Source: Candidatus Hadarchaeota archaeon
GTDB lineage: Archaea; Hadarchaeota; Hadarchaeia; Hadarchaeales; Hadarchaeaceae
Direction of reading: 5' to 3'
Assembly: GCA_040755315.1 (NCBI GenBank)
Contig: JBFMBF010000031.1
Coordinates: forward strand, 1 to 11,694
DNA: 11,694 bases
Position numbers and translations under genes: made by a program. The notes under the pieces are model-generated. The model had not been told where the DNA came from, searched no databases, and saw nothing but the letters and a program-made list of their open reading frames with translations. Positions within the stretch are counted from its first letter, which is position 1. The number at the start of each line of letters is the position of its first letter. Positions 1 through 7,100 of the stretch are shown here, in pieces.

Positions 1-2
1 TT

Positions 3-674
3 GACCTTTACATCTGTGGCCACATCCACTACAAGGTGGAAAGCTCGGCCCACGGCAAGCCCTTTTTGATACCTGGCAGCACAGAGAGGACCCAGCTGCT
101 CCTTCAGGAATCACAAATCCCAAAGGGATTCTACATGGTGGAGTGGGGAGACGGTGTGAAGTTCTGGTTCGTAGAGTTGGAAACTCCAAGAGACTTCTTC
201 TACGAGGAGATGAGGTTCAGTGAGACAAGTATCCCGGACCTCAATAAAACCGTCAGGGCGAAGGTGGAGGAGCTGCTGAAAAGGTTCAGGAAAAATCCAA
301 GGAAGTTGCCGCTCGTAAGATTGAGGCTGAAGGGGACGCTGGCAAAGGAGGCCTCGCGCGCCGACATAGACGAACACTCGATTACTCAGGAGTTCTCGGA
401 CAGAGTCCTGCTCGCGATTTCCAAAAGAGATCTAGCTGTTTCCGGCCTTGAGGAGAAGCTAGAGGCCCTGCGCGAGTTCAGGGAGAAGAAGATGTCGATA
501 GACGAGCAGGCGATGTCGCTTCTTGAGGATTTCCTGAAGGATGCCGAGCATGTGAAAATACTAGATGTCAGGGAGCTCTACGAGCTGCTGCTGGACGACA
601 GGGTGGACGAGGCTCTCGAAAGGATAGAGCGGCTCGTGGAGGGCCAGACGAGCGCGGAGGTTGAGGGCAAATGA
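3..674 (+). CDS. mre11: DNA double-strand break repair nuclease Mre11 (SbcD family), 5'-truncated by the window edge
   Basis: The frame is open from position 3: DLYICGHIHYKVE...FLIPGSTER. This contains the metallophosphoesterase GHxH motif and the following PGS motif, then a capping-domain-like segment (PLVRLRLKGTL). The stop TGA (672-674) overlaps the rad50 ATG (ATGA). The ORF-track start at 36 is internal. Confidence 0.9.
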   Translation, partial: DLYICGHIHYKVESSAHGKPFLIPGSTERTQLLLQESQIPKGFYMVEWGDGVKFWFVELETPRDFFYEEMRFSETSIPDLNKTVRAKVEELLKRFRKNPRKLPLVRLRLKGTLAKEASRADIDEHSITQEFSDRVLLAISKRDLAVSGLEEKLEALREFREKKMSIDEQAMSLLEDFLKDAEHVKILDVRELYELLLDDRVDEALERIERLVEGQTSAEVEGK

Positions 675-3073
675 TAACCCACCTGAAACTGAAGAATTGG
701 AAGTCACACGATGAAACAGAGCTGAGCTTCGGGGACGGCACGAATGTTCTTGTGGGAATAATGGGTGCAGGAAAAAGTGCTGTTCTTGACGGAATAACCT
801 ACGCCATCTTCGGTACCCTGCCAAACGTGAAAACCCGCAGGATAAAGCTGGAAGATTTGATAATGTCGCGGCCAAACAAGAAGGATCGGGCAGAGGTGGA
901 GGTCGGCTTCCTCACCCCAGACGAGACGGAGTATGTTGTGAAGCGGGTCATCGAAAGGGGGAAGGGGACAGTCGTCTGTGAGCTAAGAAAGGCCAGCGGA
1001 GAGCTGGTGGAGAGCGGGAGTTCCGACCGCGTCAACGAGAATATCAGGAGTTTGCTCGACATGGACTACGACCTCTACGAGAGGGCGGTTTATTCCGAGC
1101 AGAACAGGCTCGACTACTTCCTCACCCTCCAGAAGGGAGAGAGGATGAAGAGCATGGACCGGCTCTTGGGCATAGACAGGTGGGAGCTCGTCAGAAAAGG
1201 CCTCGGCACTCTTTCCAACAGAGTTTCTGACAGGGCGAAAGATTTGGCCGAAAGGGTTAGCCAACTGAAGATTGACCCCTCACTACCGAAGCTTCCAGAG
1301 TATGAACGGGATCTCGCGTCGCTCGAGGATTCAAAAAAACATATGGCAGATGAGCTGCGGAGGCTTAAGCCAGAGCTTGATGAACTTAACATGCGGGTTC
1401 AAAGCTACAGGGAACTGGAGCGCAGAATATCGGAGCTGGAAAGCAGGTACAGCGGGCTCGCGAGCGCAGTGAATGAGATTGAGAGCAGGGCCGAACAGTT
1501 GAGGGAGAGACTGGGTGTGGACGCTGACGTTGCAGCCGCCGAGCTGCAGGCCAAGGTACAGCGGCAGAGTCAGGACCATCTAAAAAAACTTTCTCTCCAG
1601 AGAAAGGCCGAGGCCGAAACTTCCAACGCCCTTCTGGAACTCCGTTCATCTGAAAATCAGCTTCAGTCCCTGAAGCAAGAGGCACAAAAGCTTTTGTCCG
1701 AAGTCGAGAGCCGCCGGAGGTCGAAGGAAGAGCTCGAGAAGATAAAGCCGGATGAGCTCAGGGCCTCAGTCGAGATAATGCAGTCTGAGATCCGCAGGTT
1801 GGGCGAGGAGCAGGCCGCGCTGAACGCTAGGACGGAGGACCTGAAGCACTCCATCTTTGACCTTTCAAAGGCGGAAGCTCAGTGCCCAGTTTGCGAGAGC
1901 GCCTTGGAGCAGGAAAAAAAGCAGGAGCTGGTCGCGAAAAAACAGTCGCAGCTGGAGGATTTCTTGAAGCGTTCGGCAGACATCGGGGCCAAGCTGGGGA
2001 GGCTGAGCAGCGACCTGAAGGCGAAGCTGGACCTCCAAGTTCGCGTCATCCTTCTGGTCAAAGACGCGGGAGAACTTCCTGTCAAAGAGGCAGATTACTC
2101 ACGAGTTTTGGAGCAGGCCAGGCTTTTGGAAGGGAAGCTACCAAACCTCCGTGCCGCATGGGAGGTTTCCGCGAAGGAGTCTGAAAGAATCAGGGCGGAA
2201 GCAGAGAATGCCCGCGGAGCGCTTGTTCAAGCCCAGCAGAAGCTTGACTTGAGGCTTGACCTAGAACGCCAGCAGTCAAGCAGGAAGGTGAAGCTTGATG
2301 AAAGCCTTCGGGTCAGGCTGGAGCTGGATGCGGCCAAGTCTTCTCACGATCCAGCGAGGGTGAAGGAGGTCGGGGAGAAGAGGGACCTTCTGCTGCAGAA
2401 GTGTTCAGAGCTCGACGCGAGGGCAAAGGGGATCAGCCAGCTAATCGCCGAGAAAGAAAACTTCGTGAGGAGCATAAGGGAAAAGCTCAGCGAAATCAGG
2501 CGCGGGGAGGTGAAGACGAAGCACCTTCAGAGGGCGGTAGAAGCTCTGGTCACGGTGCAGACTGCCGTGTCCAGAACCCAGACGGCCATGCGCCAGATGT
2601 TCATGGATGGGGTGAATGAAGTGCTAGGCGACTTCTGGGACAGCATTTACCCGTATGGTGACTACGTCGGAGTCAGGTTGGCGGTGGAGAGTGAGGAAAA
2701 GGGTAGCGACTATGTACTGCAGCTGAGGGACAGAGACGGCAACTGGGTTCCAGTTGAGGGGATGGCGAGCGGGGGCGAGAGGACATGCGCCTGTTTGGCA
2801 CTTAGGATAGCATTCTCAACTGTTCTGGCGCCGAACCTAAGCTGGATAGTATTCGACGAGCCCACCCACAACCTAGACAGCGAGGGGATACAGGAGCTGG
2901 CGAGGGCCATGAGAGAGCGGCTGCCCCAGAAGGTCAGGCAGATTTTGCTCATAACACACGAGGAAAGGCTGGAGGCGGCCGTGAGCGGCTATCTTTACAG
3001 GTTCTACCGAGACAAGGCGGCCGGCGAGCCGACTAGGGTCGAGAGGGCCTCTGCTCCGGAGCTGTTCGAGTGA
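671..3073 (+). CDS. rad50: DNA double-strand break repair ATPase Rad50 (SMC/SbcC family), 800 aa
   Basis: N-terminal LKLKNWKSH, Walker A GIMGAGKS, Q-loop YSEQ, long coiled coil with a central CPVC zinc hook (1883-1894, aa 405-408), signature ASGGE, Walker B/D-loop IVFDEPTHNLD and H-loop LITHE. It directly follows mre11. Confidence 0.96.
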   Translation: MITHLKLKNWKSHDETELSFGDGTNVLVGIMGAGKSAVLDGITYAIFGTLPNVKTRRIKLEDLIMSRPNKKDRAEVEVGFLTPDETEYVVKRVIERGKGTVVCELRKASGELVESGSSDRVNENIRSLLDMDYDLYERAVYSEQNRLDYFLTLQKGERMKSMDRLLGIDRWELVRKGLGTLSNRVSDRAKDLAERVSQLKIDPSLPKLPEYERDLASLEDSKKHMADELRRLKPELDELNMRVQSYRELERRISELESRYSGLASAVNEIESRAEQLRERLGVDADVAAAELQAKVQRQSQDHLKKLSLQRKAEAETSNALLELRSSENQLQSLKQEAQKLLSEVESRRRSKEELEKIKPDELRASVEIMQSEIRRLGEEQAALNARTEDLKHSIFDLSKAEAQCPVCESALEQEKKQELVAKKQSQLEDFLKRSADIGAKLGRLSSDLKAKLDLQVRVILLVKDAGELPVKEADYSRVLEQARLLEGKLPNLRAAWEVSAKESERIRAEAENARGALVQAQQKLDLRLDLERQQSSRKVKLDESLRVRLELDAAKSSHDPARVKEVGEKRDLLLQKCSELDARAKGISQLIAEKENFVRSIREKLSEIRRGEVKTKHLQRAVEALVTVQTAVSRTQTAMRQMFMDGVNEVLGDFWDSIYPYGDYVGVRLAVESEEKGSDYVLQLRDRDGNWVPVEGMASGGERTCACLALRIAFSTVLAPNLSWIVFDEPTHNLDSEGIQELARAMRERLPQKVRQILLITHEERLEAAVSGYLYRFYRDKAAGEPTRVERASAPELFE

Positions 3074-3088
3074 AAAGCGAAATACTGT
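3070..3088 (+). repeat. Left copy of a 19-bp imperfect direct repeat (gtgaaaagcgaaatactgt); partner at 10157-10175
   Basis: 17/19 identical to gtgaagagcgaaatattgt. Both mismatches are synonymous (AAA/AAG, CTG/TTG), and both copies begin at a GTG start codon. Confidence 0.75.
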
Positions 3089-3255
3089 TGCTTTCAAGCG
3101 GCGCCGTTACGTTGGCTTCTGCTCAAGACGGCAACGGCGGCTACGGGAACGGGGGCAACGGTTATGGAAATGGGAACGGTTACGGGGACGGAAACGGTTA
3201 CAACGGCGGCGGGAACGGCAATGATGGTAATGGTTACGAGCCGGAGCCCCCGGAA
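3085..3255 (+). repeat. Diverged direct repeat of the giant gene's signal-peptide/GNG region (partner ~4221-4398)
   Basis: 3104-3134 matches 4240-4270 at 30/31 nt. 3157-3184 matches 4341-4368 exactly (aacggttatggaaatgggaacggttacg, 28 nt). Confidence 0.92.
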
Positions 3256-3285
3256 CATCTTTAGTTATCTGCCCAGCGGACCTCG

Positions 3286-4137
3286 TTAGACAACATAATC
3301 TGGAGTCATAACATAACCCACCAGAGTTTTTTCAGAATGTTTTGTTTTATTGAAGTATAACTGGCCCCCCAGCGTCCACACTGTTGTCGAATCGTACACA
3401 ACTTTAACTGTAAGTTGTGATTCTGGAATCCAAGAAATTTGAGTAAAACTTGAGTTCCCCATCATCTCTATTTTGGAATCTGGAGCGTTAAATATTATTG
3501 TGCCACTATACTGTCCAGTCTGGCGCAACACATAACTTTCAAAAGTCCCGGCGGGAACAGTCACATTTTCTTTGCGAACAACTTCTGTTATCGTCGTTAT
3601 TTGTGCATTTGCTGAAGTGTTTTGTTCAAAGTCGGACTCGGAGAACGTTCCATTATCTGAAAAAGTATTTCCCACTCGCAGTGGAGTTTCATAAAGAAAA
3701 AGAGGTTTGTCCCAAAATTCTTCGCGTATTTTAAACTCGTCGCGGCGGAAGTATTCCCTTATCACATGAGAATAAGCACGGTTGTCCATGGCAGGTAAAT
3801 AATAATACAGTGAATAAGTATCGGGCTCGGCCGTGTTAAAAAACTTGTAAACCCAATAGTTCTCGCCACGCAACGTTCTATTTTCAATATACCGCGCCAT
3901 TTCAAAGTAAGATTTGGCAGTTTTTTCTCCAGTAATTAAATCATTCTCCTGCGCCTTAACTTCCCATGTTTGTGTCCATTTCTCACCTTTGTAGAGCCAC
4001 ACCACATAGACAACTGGAATTATAAAAATAGCGATAAATAAAAAAAGGAAAAATATTTTAAGCTTTGCCTGCCCTTTTTTCTCCCAAGTAATAACCGATT
4101 TCTTTGAACTGGATACGCCACGATTCGGTTGAGCCAT
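3286..4137 (-). CDS. Single-pass membrane-anchored hypothetical protein (~283 aa) with a beta-rich extracellular domain carrying an 'ExVTVPAGTF' motif (DUF3108/TapB-like)
   Basis: The likely start is ATG at 4137 (MAQPNRG...), which avoids overlap with the divergent gene. A basic N-terminus precedes a hydrophobic helix IFFLFLFIAIFIIPVVYVVWLY. Other motifs are PLRVGNTF and ENVTVPAGTFESYVL, plus several N-x-S/T sequons. The gene is AT-rich compared with its flanks. Confidence 0.8.
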   Translation of the reverse strand: MAQPNRGVSSSKKSVITWEKKGQAKLKIFFLFLFIAIFIIPVVYVVWLYKGEKWTQTWEVKAQENDLITGEKTAKSYFEMARYIENRTLRGENYWVYKFFNTAEPDTYSLYYYLPAMDNRAYSHVIREYFRRDEFKIREEFWDKPLFLYETPLRVGNTFSDNGTFSESDFEQNTSANAQITTITEVVRKENVTVPAGTFESYVLRQTGQYSGTIIFNAPDSKIEMMGNSSFTQISWIPESQLTVKVVYDSTTVWTLGGQLYFNKTKHSEKTLVGYVMTPDYVV

Positions 4138-4178
4138 CACTACCCTTAAAAGTTGTATTAGAAAGTTAATAAGGTAGG
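4138..4178. promoter_or_regulatory. Putative compact divergent archaeal promoter region (41 bp between two ATGs)
   Basis: TTAAAA at 4146-4151 lies ~28-33 nt before ATG 4179 (+). TTATTAA on the - strand (4172-4166) lies ~29-35 nt before ATG 4137. This spacing suits TATA boxes of leaderless or short-leader transcripts. Confidence 0.4.
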
Positions 4179-7100
4179 ATGAAGGCTGGACCCATATTGG
4201 CACTAGCCCTAGTGTGTATGCTAGTTTTGTCAGGTGGCACCGTTACGTTGGCCTCTGCTCAAGACGGCAATGGTGGAGGTTATGGGAACGGTGGCAATGG
4301 GGATGGTTATGGTAATGGTTACGATGGCGGAAATGGAGGTAACGGTTATGGAAATGGGAACGGTTACGAACCGCCCGACTATTCGGAGCCTCCAGAATAC
4401 CCAGAACAAGAGTACCCAGAACTTGGAGATGTATGGGATCAGCTACAGGGGCAAACGGAATGGCTGGGGGACTGGTATTCCCAATATGAACAATATACGG
4501 ACGATTATTCAAGGGATTGGCTTTATGAAAAGTTGGAAGAGCGGGCGCAGTGGGCCGTATACGAGCAGGACCCAAGTTACCATCTTGAGTATCAGGCACC
4601 CATTCAGAAAATGAATAGTGTTGTGGAAAGCTTAGGTATTTGGCAAGAATTCGGGTGGTATGCGATATTGGATGGTAAAGAGGTTTGGGCGCAGTTTCCA
4701 GAATCAGACATATTTCCAAATATATGGAAAGATTTGTGGGGTGAAACAACAATAGAAATTATACCATTACAAACGTACCTTCCCTCGCCGGGCGAGTCTC
4801 CACCTTTTGAATATCCTACGGTGGGAAACTATTCCATTTACAACTACTTAGACAGCGACGGTAGAGAAGGATATGAACATGCTCAAGAAGATGTTCGTTT
4901 AACAATAATGGAGGTCCAAGAAGAATTTCAAGCCTCGTTTGATGATTATTATTCAGACATCTCCAACATGGCAGAGGCATATGAAATAGACTATAATGAC
5001 TTGGAGGCTCTGCACCTAGCGTATATTGGCGCTGAGGGCCCACAAGAACAGGAAATACTAAGAGAAGCGTATTCAGCCAAAGCGATTGAGCTGTGGAACA
5101 CATACTGGGAATTAGAAAAAGAAGCGATGCAAATGGGTCAGGAGGTAAAAGAGCGTCTGGAGTATATCAAAGACGTTGGTTATGATTTATTCATGGACGC
5201 TCTACTGCGTTGGGACTCGTTAGATGTAATACTTGGAAGTTCGGCTGATTTGCATGTTTACGATTCGTTGGGGCGGCATGTTGGGATTAACTACGAGACT
5301 GGCGAGGTAGAAACGATGATTCCAGATGCAGAATTTATGTTTATTGAAAATATTGATAACACGTTGTTAGATGAGCGCGTTCAAGCAATTTACATAAGGA
5401 ATCCAAGTGAAGAAGCTTACGGAGTGGAAATCATTGGGACTGAAGATGGCAGTTACACTTTAATTACCGTTGGGGACATTGAGAACACTTTTGTTTATTG
5501 GTGGAAATCCAAGGTTTCAACATCCAGCGAAGAAAACCACTCGTACATTATCTCTGTTTCTCCAGTCATGCTAAACCCCCCAGACGGCCTGCTAGCAACG
5601 GACAACACTCCAAACTTTGATTGGGAACCCATCAACAAGCTCCTCGGCAAGTACGATGTCCAGATTGACGACGACGCTTATTTTTCATCGCCAACTATCG
5701 CAGTTTCGTTAAAAACTGACAACTACACTCCAGTGGTCGGGCTCGCCGATGGACATTATTATTGGCGCGTCCGCGTCGTGGACATGGCTGGCAACCCAAG
5801 CCCGTGGTCAGAAACTCAGCAGTTCACAATCGACACCAAGCCACCAGCTTCAGCCGTCGACCAGGTCAGCTCTTTCTGGCGGAAAGAAGTCCCGTTCTAC
5901 GTTAGCGTGACGGCGAGCGACGGCCTGAGCGGCGTTGAGAGTGTTGAGCTGTTCTACCGCTATTCAAATGACAACTCAAGCTGGGGTTCGTGGACATCTT
6001 TTGGTGCTGACAACCTCGCGCCTTACTTGTGGACATTCGACGCTCCGGAGGGCGACGGCTACTATCAGTTTTACTCTGTCGCCTTTGACCACGCTGGCAA
6101 CGCTGAGCTGCCAGACCTCGGCGCAAAAGCAACAAAGAATCTCCTTCCAACCGACGATCTGTACACAAGCCAATGGGGCACTTGGAGCCACGCGCAGGAA
6201 ATAGGAGTGGACGCCTACAACGTGAGCTACTTAAAATTCGACCTGTCGGGTTTGCCTGCAGGCAGCGCCATAGCGTCCGCAAAGCTTCACCTCATGTTAA
6301 AGGCCGCGGAGGACGGTGGCCAAAAAGCGGTTGTTAAAATTGGCAACGTGGAAAACGACGCTTGGTCGGAAGATTCGTTTGTGTGGGAAAGCAGGCCGCC
6401 AGTTGGGGCAACGCTGGATAATTTAACAATACAATCTTTTACAGGGGTGGACTGCGGCTCTCCAGCTTGGCACCAGTTTGAAGTCACCGAGTTCGTCGCC
6501 GACCAGTTCCAAAAAGATGCGGTTGCAAGTTTCGCATTGTTGAGCGAGGAAGATGACCTCATAGTTTACTTTGTTTCGAAGGACGGTACTTCAGCATACC
6601 CGAGTGAGTACAAACCATACCTTGAAGTCGCGTATCTTTCCCCGCTGCCGGATGCTTGGTCTGGCGTTGACACTGTGACCCCTGAGTCTGTTGTGGGTCA
6701 GACAAAGTCCTACTGGCAGAATGCGTTGATGGTTCCGTTCGAAATAAGTGCCGCCGCGTCAGACCCAATTCCAACCAACGAGGCAATGCCGAGCGGGGTC
6801 AAGTCAGTAAGTTTGTATTACAGATACTCTTTGGACAACTTAACCTGGGGAGAATGGAAACTTTACGGCGTCGACGGCGGCAAGCCCTGGAGGTGGGAAT
6901 TTGATGCTCCAGAAGGGGACGGGTACTACGAGTTCCGCAGCGCGGCCTCCGATGCTGCAGGCAACGAAGAGGCCGTCACACAGAGGTTCATCGAGCATTT
7001 CGCTGATTCACTTGACACTGGAACGTGGTCGGTGGGCAATGTTAGAGTAAAGTACGACAACGTCCGGGTTTTGGACGGTCGGCTGGAGATGAGTGCCCGG

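Larger units (their letters stand above)
3070..3264 (+). pseudogene. 64-aa chimeric ORF or gene remnant: kinase-type N-terminus MKSEIL fused to a truncated paralog of the giant surface protein N-terminus (may still be translated)
   Basis: The GTG start overlaps the rad50 stop (GTGA). The first 6 codons match those of the 10157 ORF. The remainder (LLSSGAVTLASAQDGNGGYGNGGNG...GYEPEPPE) aligns with residues ~16-73 of the 4179 ORF, then stops at TAG. Confidence 0.6.

Noticed and set aside
36..38. GTG at 36 as the start of a standalone 212-aa protein
   Set aside because: The frame is open upstream and includes the Mre11 GHIH motif, so the gene starts before the window.
671..3073. Rad50-like ATPase as part of a defence system (e.g. 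Wadjet or Lamassu SMC)
   Set aside because: The central CPVC zinc hook and the coupled upstream Mre11 fit the housekeeping Mre11-Rad50 complex, and no defence partner genes are present.
3121..3240. Short ggcaac/ggttac-type repeats as a possible CRISPR array or non-coding repeat
   Set aside because: The repeats are codon-phased Gly/Asn/Tyr units with synonymous variation and no constant repeat-spacer periodicity.
4138..4203. ORF-track start at 4203 for the minus-strand membrane protein (305 aa)
   Set aside because: It would overlap the divergent giant gene head-to-head. ATG 4137 gives a sensible basic N-terminus plus TM helix and leaves an intergenic gap.
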